Positions 27,310 through 41,429 of a stretch of DNA of 64,000 nucleotides are shown here, one piece after another. Origin of the DNA: Octopus bimaculoides (taxonomy: Eukaryota); NCBI RefSeq assembly GCF_001194135.2, contig NC_068989.1, forward strand, positions 49,999,630 to 50,063,629, given 5' to 3'. The translations under genes and the position numbers were made by a program. The notes under the pieces were generated by a model, which was not told where the DNA came from, searched no databases, and worked only from the letters and a program-made list of their open reading frames with translations. How positions within the stretch are numbered: position 1 is the stretch's first letter; each line of letters opens with the position of its first letter.

Positions 27310-27460
27310 TTTGATCGGTCTTTACGTTCTGAGTTCAAATTACACCCAGGTCGACTTTGCCTTTCATCTGTTCGGGCTCGATACCAATTGAGTGCTGGGG
27401 TCGAGGTAATCGACTTAACCCGTACCCCGAAATTGTTGGCCTTGCATCAAAATTTGAAAT
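27310..27460 (+). mobile_element. SINE family B, 5'-truncated
   Basis: tttacgttctgagttcaaatt...ggtcgactttgcctttcatc...ggggtcgaggtaatcgac...gaaattgttggccttg. Confidence 0.75.
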
Positions 27461-29139
27461 CAATATTTCTATAGAATAGTTGCAATTTAACAGTTTCAGG
27501 AAAAGAAAAAGAAACATAAGAAAGGTATTTGAGAGAGAAATATGTTCTAGGAAAAAGAACTGGAAGAATGGCTAGTGCGGAGCATGGAGGTAGATGCATA
27601 AAATATGGTAATCAAGAAGATGAGGAAACGAATGAGTCGATAGTCGCTGATTGAGAAGACTTGAGAGAAAACTGCTCTTATATGTAGTTATGGTAGAAAA
27701 ATGCAGGCTAGAGGGGAGAACAGAGCGACTCTGTGCCAGTATTTATTGAGTATTGGTAAGCAGCGAGTTCATGCTAATTAGATGAATGATTTCGCGTTTT
27801 GTTGAAACCAGTTGACCTATTGAGTAGTGCGTGTGCGTGCGTGTGTGTATATGTATGTGCGTACCAGTAGCTTCATCTCGGACGTGGGAGCATCACATAG
27901 TTTGGGTCTCATTTCATGTATGCAAGATTTAGCTACTGTTTCAAGTAGGCTGAATGCCCACGTTGAGATTCAATACTTGTTTCAATAATACAAAATAAAT
28001 AAATAAATAAATAAAAGATGGGGAACTAAAGTTAAAGCATGAATACATGCAAAAATATAAATAAATAAACATACGAACCGATCTACATTGATTATTTAGT
28101 AGAAGCATTGAGCAGAAACAAAAGAATATTAAATCCTATCTGAATTGATTTCAATTGATGTCAATTCATTCGAGTAGAAAATTAAAACGAAACCTTGCAG
28201 ACATGAAGTTATAACGAGAGCTTCAACACAAATAAAATATTTCAATGAAATACAATTACTGAAATAGTCACAGATAATTACAAACTTGCTGTTGGTATAA
28301 TTTGATAGTGTCTTAAGTTGAATTAGACTTAAGAATGAAATCAGATTAATCCATACATACATACATACATACATACATACATACATACGTACATACATAC
28401 GTACGTACATACATACATATGCATACATACGTACTCACGCATATATACATAATACATACATAGAAATATATATATATATATATATATACATGCATACATA
28501 CATACAGCATATATATATATATATATATATANNNNNNNNNNNNNNNNNNNNNNNNNNNNNNNNNNNNNNNNNNNNNNNNNNNNNNNNNNNNNNNNNNNNN
28601 NNNNNNNNNNNNNNNNNNNNNNNNNNNNNNNNNNNNNNNNNNNNNNNNNNNNNNNNNNNNNNNNNNNNNNNNNNNNNNNNNNNNNNNNNNNNNNNNNNNN
28701 NNNNNNNNNNNNNNNNNNNNNNNNNNNNNNNNNNNNNNNNNNNNNNNNNNNNNNNNNNNNNNNNNNNNNNNNNNNNNNNNNNNNNNNNNNNNNNNNNNNN
28801 NNNNNNNNNNNNNNNNNNNNNNNNNNNNNNNNNNNNNNNNNNNNNNNNNNNNNNNNNNNNNNNNNNNNNNNNNNNNNNNNNNNNNNNNNNNNNNNNNNNN
28901 NNNNNNNNNNNNNNNNNNNNNNNNNNNNNNNNNNNNNNNNNNNNNNNNNNNNNNNNNNNNNNNNNNNNNNNNNNNNNNNNNNNNNNNNNNNNNNNNNNNN
29001 NNNNNNNNNNNNNNNNNNNNNNNNNNNNNNNNNNNNNNNNNNNNNNNNNNNNNNNNNNNNNNNNNNNNNNNNNNNNNNTATATAAAGCGAAAACGAAAGG
29101 AATAAAAAAATAGTACAGAAATATAACATGAAAAAGATG

Positions 29140-30170
29140 TATCAGAAATCAAAGACCGCCTGATAAAAAGAAGTCCTCCTTAAATTGCAAAGTCTTCATC
29201 CATTTGAAAAGCGACATTTCTTTTTACAATAAATCCCAGTTCGACATAGAGATAAAAGGATTTTTTATCAAGAATTAGATAATAATAAATCATAAGTCAA
29301 TATAGTGACAACATTAAAGGAAGGAGAAAAAAATGAATAGGGAAGGGATTACAACGGCAGTGAATGTTTAAAACAAATACAGCAACTGAAATATCTTGGG
29401 ATGCTAAAAAGATGCGAGATGTAGGCCAGAGTCTACAGATATAGATAAAGTACATAGAAACGTCTTGGAAATGAGCCAGACACAGGCTTGTTTTTGAAGA
29501 GGCACATATCAAATATTTTCAAAACTATTTAATACCCTACTGGCGGAACAGAAAACAACAACTGAGTGTTTTACTCTGGGGGAACATTCTTTAACCCACG
29601 TGGCTCAATAAACTGCAAACCTCGGAACGATAGAGCTATATCATGCCTTTTTATGTGTTATAAAACCATAATTGTATAACAGAAGATAAATGATTACTTG
29701 GAAAATAAACGAGTCAATTCGAAGGCAATAGAGAGGATGTTTCAAAGGCTAATGTGGTTGTAAAGATCAAAATTGATCAAAAAGGCCATAATTCAAGACT
29801 GTAAAAAGTGAAATTAAACATGGCGCCTATTGACTACGAGAAGGCATCCGATAATTTTGCCTACAAAAGGGTTCGGCACACATTAGTCATAAATAAGGTT
29901 GTTTTGAATAGACATTAAACAATTCTCCTGGTATAGACAAAAGACAGACTTAAAAAAAACAACGTCATCTGCATTGGGTAAGGAATATTTCGAAAGGGTA
30001 GTTTCTCTGTACGAATTTACTATCTAACGTTAAAACATTTAACAATTTGTTAAAACTTTACTCAGATGCAAATGATAAGAGAAGATATTCAACGATCTTT
30101 CTTATATGTATAGTCTGAAGTGGTACGATGCAGAGCAAACACTGGTGATAGCACAACTCCAGATAATATA
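29140..30170 (+). mobile_element. Decayed RT of an RLE-type (R4/NeSL-like) non-LTR retrotransposon
   Basis: Degenerate motifs in order: PRNDRAISCL (P.NYRPITCL), MAPIDYEKASD (W.DY.KAFDS), GIFRKGSFS (GIFQGDSLS), LSYMYSLKWY (LLYMDDLKLY). Confidence 0.65.
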
Positions 30171-30674
30171 CGAATTTATTTCAAAAAATTAATACGAATT
30201 TCGGGTTAGAAAATAACCAGTCACAGAAATTTCTAGAGAAAGAAAATTATTAAACACAGCAAGTGTTTAAGAATCACAGTTAATAAAATTAGAATAAGCA
30301 CAGACATAGAAACACTTATGAATTAATGAACTCAGTAGAATACAAAAAACGCAAACGGTAGCTTGAATGTATGTGTGTATGTGTGTATGTATANNNNNNN
30401 NNNNNNNNNNNNNNNNNNNNNNNNNNNNNNNNNNNNNNNNNNNNNNNNNNNNNNNNNNNNNNNNNNNNNNNNNNNNNNNNNNNNNNNNNNNNNNNNNNNN
30501 NNNNNNNNNNNNNNNNNNNNNNNNNNNNNNNNNNNNNNNNNNNNNNNNNNNNNNNNNNNNNNNNNNNNNNNNNNNNNNNNNNNNNNNNNNNNNNNNNNNN
30601 NNNNNNNNNNNNNNNNNNNNNNNNNNNNNNNNNNNNNNNNNNNNNNNNNNNNNNNNNNNNNNNNNNNNNNNATA

Positions 30675-30705
<31 letters not shown>

Positions 30706-30879
30706 TTATGTGGTGCGTATATTAAAAATATGTTTGATTAATATTTGAAATTACATAAGTGAAAAAGAATTGTAATAGGAAGCACAATATTTATGTGTGT
30801 GTGTGCATGTGTGTGTGTGCGTGTGTGTAAATGTGTGTGTATGTGTGAGTAAGTATGTGCATCTTTTATCTTTAACTTG

Positions 30880-31070
30880 TTTCTGTCATTTGACTGCGGC
30901 CTTGCTATAGCACCATTTTGAAGGTTTCAGTCGAACTATTCTCCTGGAATACTTATGTATTTTTAAAGTCTGGTTCTTTTGCCGAACTACTACGTTATGG
31001 AGATATAAACAAACCAGCACCGGTTGTTAGTAGGTGGAAGGGAGTCAAACGCAAACACACATAGATACAC
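30880..31070 (-). mobile_element. SINE family A 3' fragment
   Basis: ttctgtcatttgactgcggccttgctatagcacc...ccagcaccggttgtt matches the reverse complement of the family A body and tail. Confidence 0.6.
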
Positions 31071-32518
31071 CCACACACACAAACACACATACATATGAAG
31101 TTAAATAGTACGACAAAAACACCACGGGGCGAATTGTAGGAAAAGTAACAAAGAAAATGCACTAAGGGAGAATGGTATAAAATCATTGCTATCTGTTCGA
31201 TCATGACTTCGTAACTATATTTCTAAATATACAAATATTTCAGTACATTTTCCATTTCAATCTTACTTCCTAAAAAATTTAACCTACTCCTACAGACTCA
31301 AAAAGAAGCCACCTTTAGCCGTTTTGAACACGACATTCACGTAGCTACAACTTCAGTTGTTTTTCAAACTGGAATTTTGGTGGCACACCTATCTGAGCTC
31401 TCAAAACGCAAACCTATTAGTTTGAGTCATCCTGACGAAAACTCCTCATATCCTATATATACATACATACATACATACATGCATACATACATANNNNNNN
31501 NNNNNNNNNNNNNNNNNNNNNNNNNNNNNNNNNNNNNNNNNNNNNNNNNNNNNNNNNNNNNNNNNNNNNNNNNNNNNNNNNNNNNNNNNNNNNNNNNNNN
31601 NNNNNNNNNNNNNNNNNNNNNNNNNNNNNNNNNNNNNNNNNNNNNNNNNNNNNNNNNNNNNNNNNNNNNNNNNNNNNNNNNNNNNNNNNNNNNNNNNNNN
31701 NNNNNNNNNNNNNNNNNNNNNNNNNNNNNNNNNNNNNNNNNNNNNNNNNNNNNNNNNNNNNNNNNNNNNNNNNNNNNNNNNNNNNNNNNNNNNNNNNNNN
31801 NNNNNNNNNNNNNNNNNNNNNNNNNNNNNNNNNNNNNNNNNNNNNNNNNNNNNNNNNNNNNNNNNNNNNNNNNNNNNNNNNNNNNNNNNNNNNATATATA
31901 TATATATACATACGACTTATATATGATACGGGCTTCTTTCATTTTCTGTCTACCAAGGGGGCTCCGTGAGTTTTTGTCCGGTGCAGGTCTAAAGTAGAAG
32001 AGCTGAAACTCAGCCCAGAACTATATGGTTGGGAAGCAATTGTCTTACCACACAGCCACACATACACCTGGCTACCTGCCAAATTCTTCCTCACTCTCGG
32101 TTTCACTGTATCTCTCTTTCTCTTTCACTACATATATACATATATATATACACATTCATATATATGAGTGCATATATATGTACATATATGTATATGCATA
32201 TGATAAATACTGATGTGGTTGCGATTTCTGAGTCAAAACAAAAAACGGCCGTAATATGTCGTACAAATCCCAAATGGACTCAAAACAAACAAAAGGATTA
32301 GACTAGAAAAAAATGTGATGACAACTCCTACACAGGAAAAATATATTTTCTATAAATATAAAGAAGTAGAGGTCATCTGTAACTAGAGAATTATTATAAA
32401 ATATATATTGACGAACGTAAAAATATAGTAAAAACAAAGGGAATTTAGTAGTATTAGCTACACAATATGAGCAAAACAAAACATTTTCTATCTCCAAGGA
32501 AGCCGGGCATATAGGCAT

Positions 32519-32549
<31 letters not shown>

Positions 32550-32737
32550 CATACATATCTGTATGTTTATCCTAGTTTATATATACACATATATATAATA
32601 AACAAAATATGTATGCGCGTGTATGTATATCACATTATGTATGGTTATACGTGCATGTATGTTTGTGTATATCTATATAAGTATGTGATTATGTATGCAT
32701 ATATGTGTATACACGTATATGTATATGTACGGGGTTT

Positions 32738-32787
<50 letters not shown>

Positions 32788-33371
32788 GGAGTAAGCACGT
32801 GAAATGTGCAACAAGGTNNNNNNNNNNNNNNNNNNNNNNNNNNNNNNNNNNNNNNNNNNNNNNNNNNNNNNNNNNNNNNNNNNNNNNNNNNNNNNNNNNN
32901 NNNNNNNNNNNNNNNNNNNNNNNNNNNNNNNNNNNNNNNNNNNNNNNNNNNNNNNNNNNNNNNNNNNNNNNNNNNNNNNNNNNNNNNNNNNNNNNNNNNN
33001 NNNNNNNNNNNNNNNNNNNNNNNNNNNNNNNNNNNNNNNNNNNNNNNNNNNNNNNNNNNNNNNNNNNNNNNNNNNNNNNNNNNNNNNNNNNNNNNNNNNN
33101 NNNNNNNNNNNNNNNNNNNNNNNNNNNNNNNNNNNNNNNNNNNNNNNNNNNNNNNNNNNNNNNNNNNNNNNNNNNNNNNNNNNNNNNNNNNNNNNNNNNN
33201 NNNNNNNNNNNNNNNNNNNNNNNNNNNNNNNNNNNNNNNNNNNNNNNNNNNNNNNNNNNNNNNNNNNNNNNNNNNNNNNNNNNNNNNNNNNNNNNNNNNN
33301 NNNNNNNNNNNNNNNNNNNNNNNNNNNNNNNNNNNNNNNNNNNNATATATATATATATATATATATATAAA

Positions 33372-33679
33372 GGAGCACACCATCGGTTACTACGACGAGG
33401 GTCCCAGTTGATACGACCAACGGAACAACTTGCACATGAAATTAACGTGCATGTGGCTGAGCACTTCACAGACACGTGTACCGTTAACGTAGTTCTCGGT
33501 GAGATTCAGCGTGACACAGTGTGACAAGGCTGGCCCTTTGAAATACAGGTACTGGTCAACTTTTGCCAGCTGAGTTGACTGCAGCAACGTGAAATAAAGT
33601 GTCTTGCTCAAGGACACAACGTGTCGCCGGGAAATGAACTCACGACCTCACGATCGTGAGCCGAATAACTTAACCACTA
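33372..33679 (-). mobile_element. tRNA-derived SINE family D (head and central block like family C, different tail)
   Basis: Minus strand tagtggttaag...gtgagttcatttcccgg...gtgtccttgagcaagacactttatttcacgttgctgcag. The tail also occurs alone at 63865-63966. Confidence 0.8.
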
Positions 33680-35371
33680 TATATATGTATGTGTGTGTGT
33701 GTGTGTTTGTGTATGTATAAAGAGTAACAAACTGATGAAAAGAAATCCTTCAAAGGGGTGTGTTAAACATCGAATTCACTGGTACTTCAGTTGGATTCCA
33801 TATGAATATTGGAATAATTCAATAATAAAGATAAATTCAATATACAGATATTCTATTGACAATCCAATAATTTATTTATATTACAATATTACATTAAACA
33901 CTATGAATATAATATATAACATAACATAATATTATATAAATAATCATAAAAACGTAAAAGGCCAAAAATTGTTTCGACTTATATATATTTTTTCAGATAT
34001 ACAAAATCACAGTTCCACTATATATATATGTCACTTCAGGGTCCTTGGTTCAGGAAGTCGAAATCTCGTCTGAAAGGAAGCTGGATTGGAAAACTTAATT
34101 CAAATGTCTGCGTTATGAGCGTGCGCATTGAGCAATCACATCAATTACAATTAAGAAACAACAAGAACATTTTAACGGACGGTACCGTCAAGGAAGTGCA
34201 ATCCACAACCGTAGAAACTCACTTCATTTACAGTTTTTATAATTGTTTATAGAATATTATGTTATTATATATATTTACGCTCTTCTACAGAAAAGAATAA
34301 GAAGGAGAAAAAAAGGAGAGAGAATGAAAAAAAAACATGGAGAGAGAAAAAAATTGTAGGGATTAATGGTTCAACATGATAAATAGCCAGAAGAAAGAGG
34401 TTGAATGAAAGGGAGATAATGACGGTGACCCGGTCGAACGAATTTACTCACGCGCGCGCGTGTGTATGGTGTGTGAGAGAATGGTGTGTGAATGTGTATG
34501 TATGAATGGAGGTGAGTGTGTGTGTGTATATATGTGTGGGTAAGCTGAAAAATACGCGAGCCTGTTTTTGTGTATGTGTGTAAGTGACTCAGTACGTACG
34601 TTATGTTGAGTGATATGCATTACATGTATTGGTACGTATGTGTGCGTGCGTATTGACGTGTGTACGTATGTGTGCAGTTATCATGTGTGTGTGTGTGTGT
34701 GTGCAAAAACATTGGCTTGGATGCGTGTGTATTTGTACAAGTAACCGAGTGAATGTGTTGTGTGGAGTGACGTGCGTTGTGTGTTTTCACGTGTGCGTGT
34801 GCTAGTGCGTACAGACGTGTGTATGTGTGTGAGGTTAACATGTGTATGTGTGTGTTCTTGCGCTTGTGTGCGTGTACAAACACTTGTCTTTAGCTGTTGA
34901 TGTGTGATTGTTCAGGTGGTGTGTGCACGTGTGGATATGTGTGTATGTGACCATATAGTGTGCATCTGTATAATGTATGTTTGTCAGCGAATGTTATCTG
35001 TCTATGCGTGTTGCGTGTGTGAGTGTATATATTGTCTGTGTTCAGACATTATGTGCTTGTATGAGTTTGGGAGTGTACATGATGGTGTGTGGTGTGTGTA
35101 CTGAGTTGAACAGTGTGTACGGGTGCTCGTACAGTGGTATGCGTGGTGACGTTATTGAAGATTGTTTGTCGGTGTGTCGGTAATGATGTGTGGATGTGTC
35201 GATCATGGTGTGTGGTCTGGCTGCTGAGAAGGTGCTAGTGTGTGTCTGTGGGTGAGTGTATAATGGTGTTTGAAGTGAGTAATGAACTGAGCCGTGTGTA
35301 TGAGAGTTTGTATGGGTTTTGTGCACACACACACACACACACACGCACACACACACACAGACACACACACA

Positions 35372-35420
<49 letters not shown>

Positions 35421-35640
35421 GAATACCTGCAAGCATACATATTTGTATGTCTATTTCCTCTTTGTGTTTGTTGATGCGTATGCCTACACCCGATTCCTTG
35501 TCTGCTTTTTTCTGCTATTCTAACGGCAATTCTGCGTTCGAAAAAAATCATCTTATTTGTATCGTACAATACACATTTCGACGCTTATATAAACTGTTTG
35601 GCTGCTTGTTTCTCTGGAGACTGTCAGAATGATGTAGACA

Positions 35641-35685
35641 CCTCAGATGAGAACCCAACAAGGTTCGAAAATCGATTAAAGTTGT
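35641..35685 (+). ncRNA. Degenerate minimal hammerhead motif
   Basis: c(a)gatga-GAACC caacaa GGTTC-GAAA-atcgat-ta: perfect stem II and a palindromic ATCGAT stem III. Confidence 0.45.
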
Positions 35686-35745
35686 TCATCACTTCTTCAG
35701 TCTGCGGAGAAATGGCTAAAATTTGTCGTTTATAATTATACTATG

Positions 35746-35845
<100 letters not shown>

Positions 35846-36299
35846 TTGTATATGCACAAATATGATCATTGTCAGATATCTATTTGGCGATCTATATCTC
35901 TCGTTTAATATTTTCCTGCTCTCTATGTTACTGTTCTCTATGATAACTTATGACTCCTAGTAATATCAACTGGTTTTACTGCGATATGGTAATCTGATAG
36001 ACTGTTTAATATATAATATTCTCATAAGCCTTTAAACTCAGACCAGGCATATGATGGAAATCTTTATATCTTTCTTTGAAATATGTAGATTACTATCAAG
36101 ACCTAAATCTAAATGTAGCACCTAATACTTCCGAAAAACAAAAAGAAGAAAACGAACTTTTAATAGAACAACATTTGAAGGAAGATTCCGTATGGCTAAT
36201 CCTTGAATTTATCATGTCTTTATAAGTGTTATTGAACGATGGGTAAAAATGGTTTGAATAAATAATTAAGCACTATATTTCCCTGTTCTGTAACGCTTA

Positions 36300-36454
36300 T
36301 GTATGTCTGAATGTATGTCATTATTCAGTTTATTTCAATATTTCTTGCCAATAGAGAAAGAACCGTTTTCTAACCTAGATCCAAGGTTCCTTGATTAGAA
36401 TTTCAACATCAACAAGATATTTTTGTTTGTTTTATGTATACATGTATGTATGTA

Positions 36455-36490
<36 letters not shown>

Positions 36491-36730
36491 TGTATGTATG
36501 TATACATGCATGTATTTGTAGAGTTATATGTTTTATGTATGTATTCTCATGCATAGAATTACATATCAAGCCATGCTCATATATATTTAAATGGTAAACT
36601 TCTGGAAAGTTTTACAGATTTCTACAGTTCCAGTGATGGATTGGATCTGTATCCTTCGAATTAACTTTCTCCTTTCTGGTTTTGAGAAGCCACATTTCTC
36701 AAGGTTGGTATTTAGGCAGTGTAATACATA
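36300..36730 (-). mobile_element. 5'-truncated RLE non-LTR retrotransposon, (CATA)n-tailed family
   Basis: CLNTNLEKCGFSKPERRKLIRRIQIQSITGTVEICKTFQKF plus the shared ~100-bp 3' UTR ending in gacatac. Confidence 0.8.
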
Positions 36731-37417
36731 TGTATGTATGTAAATATGTATGTATACATGTATGCATGTATATATGTATTTATGTATGTACACGTATTTG
36801 CGCAGTTAGCTTCATAGCATCTAAATTTGCAGATGAATGTGTCAGTAGGCAGTTTAGCTTAATGGTAAAATAGTTAGCCGGAGTATTTAACAGATACGAG
36901 TTCAAACCTCACGGCTGTTTGTAGACCAGTTTTTTTTCCGCTTTGTAAGGGTAATTTACCCAATATTTGTGCTGTTCTAACGGTGCTTTGCGTACGAAAA
37001 AATGATCATCAAGCGTATGTATATGTATATAAATCTCTGTACGCAGTCATAATCGCCAAGGATCTAGGTAGTTATAAACAAATACACGTCCAGGAACCAT
37101 AATAATTTATTGTTGAGGCTGGTTTGGCTTTTCCTATATCGAAGTTCAGTAAACTGAAAACAATTTTTTTATAGCTCACGGTTAGCAGCTTCAGTCGCTA
37201 TGATTGCGCATAAAATTCAAAATTGAGGAATTTGTATATATACATGCATGTGTGTGTGTGCATGTAATACTATATTACTAATGTTTATTGTCTTAATGTA
37301 TTCCTAATTTGCGACCAAAGTATTTGACCTGGAATTTCAGTTTGCAGAGAAAGTTCTCTTCCTTCAGATAAACAATCTACAGATAGATTTTCAATCCCGT
37401 TTTATCTGCTATATATG

Positions 37418-37490
<73 letters not shown>

Positions 37491-38078
37491 ATGTGTGTGT
37501 GTGTGTGTGTGCGTGTGTGTGTGTGTGTGTGTGAGTGTTTGTGTGTGTGTGTGTATCTTTTATTAGAAGAAAAAGCAAAACCAAGGCAGAACGAGTGTAT
37601 CAAGTAATTTAGAATAAATTAATGAGGGTAAGGTGAATTTGAAGTCTTACAGCCTTTTCTGGGATAACTCAAGTGGTTGGTTAGCATGTCCATGCACTGG
37701 GTATTCCATAACCAGGGACAAGGTATGAATATTTTTGACGGAAAATTTACAGTTTATAAGGAATAAAAATTCACAGTTTATAAGGAGGAAAATAGAAAAA
37801 TAAATAAATAAATAAAAGAATAGAGAGTAGTTCGAAGAATATAGGCAGGAGAATAATGTTCACAACTCCAGACGTTCATTTTTTTCCAGAGGATATGGAT
37901 GTTAATCGGTACTTCCATGAAGGTACGGGTCCTTAATTAAAATCCTAGGTAAATCCTGGTGGTGTTTTGGCAGTATTCATATTTCAAATGTGTATATAGA
38001 GCGAGAAATTAAGATACAACATAAATGGGTTTTGTGAGTGGGTGTATATTGGAGAGAGAGGAGAGAGGAGAAAGAAAT

Positions 38079-38400
38079 ACATATAAGATAAAGGTAAGAG
38101 AGTAGAAATAAAAACAAACATAAAAATAAAATTAAGATAAGGGTAAAATAAGATATCTTTATTTTACTCTTATTTTAATTTTTATTTATTTTTATATTTA
38201 TTTCCANNNNNNNNNNNNNNNNNNNNNNNNNNNNNNNNNNNNNNNNNNNNNNGTGTTGGGGCGTTAGGTTCGTGGAAACAAAAATAAAAATAAATAAAAA
38301 TTAAAATAAGAGTAAAATAAAGATATCTTATTTTACCCTTATCTTAATTTTATTTTTATGTTTGTTTTTATTTCTACTCTCTTACCTTTATCTTATATGT
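38079..38400. repeat. About 120-bp near-perfect inverted repeat around an N gap, plus a direct duplication of 38252-38308 at 38415-38471
   Basis: 38079-38190 is the reverse complement of about 38281-38400. Confidence 0.8.
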
Positions 38401-38564
38401 ATATATATGGGGTGCGTGTTGGGGCGTTAGGTTCGTGGAAACAAAAATAAAAATAAATAAAAATTAAAATAATATATATATATATATACTGATGCGCACA
38501 CATACAGGCAAACCTAAACCTGTATATGTCGTATACACACATACATATATATTTATATGGCAAG

Positions 38565-38710
38565 TATTTGACAGGATTCCGTACAACTTTCATCTCCCAA
38601 ATTCCACTTACAAGCCAATGGTTAACTTAATGATAGAATTAAAGACATTTCCTTAAAGTGCCAGTAATTGTCATCGAACCGGCAACTCACATGCGTGTGG
38701 ATTGAGCACA
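38565..38710 (-). mobile_element. Diverged SINE family A fragment
   Basis: ccaaattccacttacaagcc...aagacatttcc...gtgccag...cgaacc matches the reverse complement of family A. Confidence 0.55.
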
Positions 38711-38964
38711 CGGCTATTCCTGCGCTTCTATGTGTAAACAATATTCGTTTTGTTATGTGAAACTGTTGAAACCAAGCAGTGAAATAATTCCTGATAGCTA
38801 TTATAACACAAGCGTGATTGGTGACTTCTGTACTGATGATGGATATTTATATATATTTAGAGTGAAATGGTAAAACGATAAAAATAAAATAATTCTATGT
38901 ACTATATTCATAATGTATATAAACGGAAATTGTGAGTAAAAATGTTTAAGAAAATGTGTAATTA

Positions 38965-39019
<55 letters not shown>

Positions 39020-39112
39020 GTATGTATAAAGAATTATATATTTAGATATATTTATATTTATATACATGTGTACACACACATACACACACAAACATACACA
39101 CACATACACGCA

Positions 39113-39151
<39 letters not shown>

Positions 39152-39878
39152 ACACGCACACACACACACACATTTTGCTTACAATATAATTTTGAAAATG
39201 GATGTGTTTCAGATGATATTTTAAGTGTAATTGCAGAAATATAGGAAATTAATAAATGTTTATATATGTATTTGCAAATAGTAGTCTCGAGTTAAAATTA
39301 ACTGGAAAACAAAGTGTATTTGTATATTAATAAGATATATCTGCGTATAACTATGATAAATGGATATGTGTGTGTTGTATTCACTTGCAATAAAATCGTG
39401 TTTGTGTTGTTTTAGCGTTATATATTTGAAGTATTACAGATTTTGTTAGCATTAAAGTGAACATATATAACGAAAAGAAAACATTAAACGAAGCAGAGTA
39501 ATAAAAATGAGTGATTAAAGAGTTTTAAGATATATTATTGATGATTATTGGGGTAAACAAGATTCAAAAATATTTATTAAATGTATGCATATATACAGGC
39601 TCAAGCATAGCTGTCGGGTTAAAGTACTCGCTTAGTAATCTATGGGCTTTGTTTCGGGTCCAGTGCCCCTAGCAACGAAAGTCTCCAACTATATCTCCAA
39701 GACGAACAATGAGAAGAACACTTGATTAGCAGATTATTAACTGGAGCTTAATTCTTGTTGATGTTATTTGATTACTATCTAGAAAATTTTACCATTGAGA
39801 CCTGGGAAGGCAAAGTTTGTGAATTATAGTATTCGTCCCAAAGCGTTGAGCGAAGTGCTTCTGAAATGTCGCACACAC

Positions 39879-40075
39879 CTACACGGGGTCGAATACTATG
39901 CATCCATTTTGGTTCTCCAAAGATCGAATTGTGGCACTGCATAGTAACATGAGGTCATTGAGTATGTGGCTCTGTTTCCAACGTAATTCCAGACCGCGTG
40001 CATTTATACTGCTTATTCTGAGTAAGACTATGTTTGTCAGAGAGAAGGAGAGTGAAAAGACGCACCTTATTTTTG

Positions 40076-40162
<87 letters not shown>

Positions 40163-41053
40163 GGAGGTTTTCTATCTTTCTGGCTATTTGTGGGTGTCTC
40201 CACAACCATTTCTTTGTAGTCTTTTATTTATGTCCCCACGGAAATCTCCCTTTATTTTGAGATATTATATTTTCAGTTTGTAGTAAATTTGCTGCATTGT
40301 TTACATAATGTTTCTGTGATTAGGGATAAGATATGTAGATTTAGAATAATATCTATCTATATTTGAATATGTTTTAATGAGTTCTTGTTTGTGTATATGA
40401 CCATGTAATTAGCGATGCCTTGGGAATACTGTTCATGTTGTTGGTCTCGACTGCTGTGTTTTCGTTTATGGAGGTGTTTGTAATGTTGGTGTTGTTTGTA
40501 GTGTCGATGATGTTTGTAACTGTGTTGATGTAATGTGTGTAGGATTGTGATTGTCAGCTGGTTTCTATGTCTCCTCCTATAATTTTTTCACTTTTACTCT
40601 TGTATCACGCTTTTCATTTTGTAGTTTTCCCTCTTTATCCCCAGTATCCATTCTGATGTTTTTTCCCCCAAACTGCTTTCTTCGCTAGACATAATTTCAC
40701 AGACGGAGAAATATGTGACAAGGGAAGAGGTATGTCTGCTCAGTCATATCTTTCTAAGCTGGTGGTCTGGTCGACTGCTGTGGCTAAGGTTTCTCTCGGT
40801 TGTGATGGTGCAGATGATGTTATTGTTTTTTTTCTGGAGGGAAACGCAGATGCTTGCTGCTGAGGTTGTTGAATAGAACTCTCCTGTTGCTCCTGTTGAT
40901 GCTGTTGTTGTTCTGAATACTGCTGTTCTCGGTACTGACGCTGTTATTAGTGCTGCTGCTGCTTTTGATGATGATGCTGTTGTGTGTCTCAACTGTACCA
41001 AAGTGTTTCCCACGAACGACAAACTTTTTATACTCCTGACTAGTTTTAGACAT
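39879..41053 (-). mobile_element. Possible decayed L1/Tx1-like element: Gln-rich ORF1 remnant followed by the start of an APE endonuclease
   Basis: LRISSINARGLELRWKQSHILNDL near 40010-39945 resembles the first APE motif of L1-type ORF2. Upstream is a Q-rich frame with stops. Confidence 0.45.
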
Positions 41054-41429
41054 TTTTTAATGTAGACCTGCGTAGTTCGCTCTAGTCTCTTGAGTTTTCG
41101 TGCATTGCACTCACAAATAGTAGTTTTTGTTTAATATCTTGTATTTCCCTGGTGTGTTTAAACTAAAATTGACGAATGTGTTTGTTTAGCGAACACGCTC
41201 TTCAATTTTTGCTTTAAAAAAGTGAAATGGTAGACGAAGAATGGTCGTTCGTTGAAAAGAACAGCCAGCTATTCACAGAACGGAATAGCGAAATTGTAAA
41301 AATCTGTGACAATTTTGCCTGTAAGAGTTCAGCTCCGTAAGGTCCTGTCCTAGTTATTTATGTATAAAACGATAACAAAGCTTCAGTGTATAAGGTAACA
41401 AAGCTTCAGTGTAACAATAAAAATAATAA

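Noticed and set aside
37620-38030. Possible L2/CR1 3' relic on the minus strand
   Set aside because: Could not recover any diagnostic motif with confidence.
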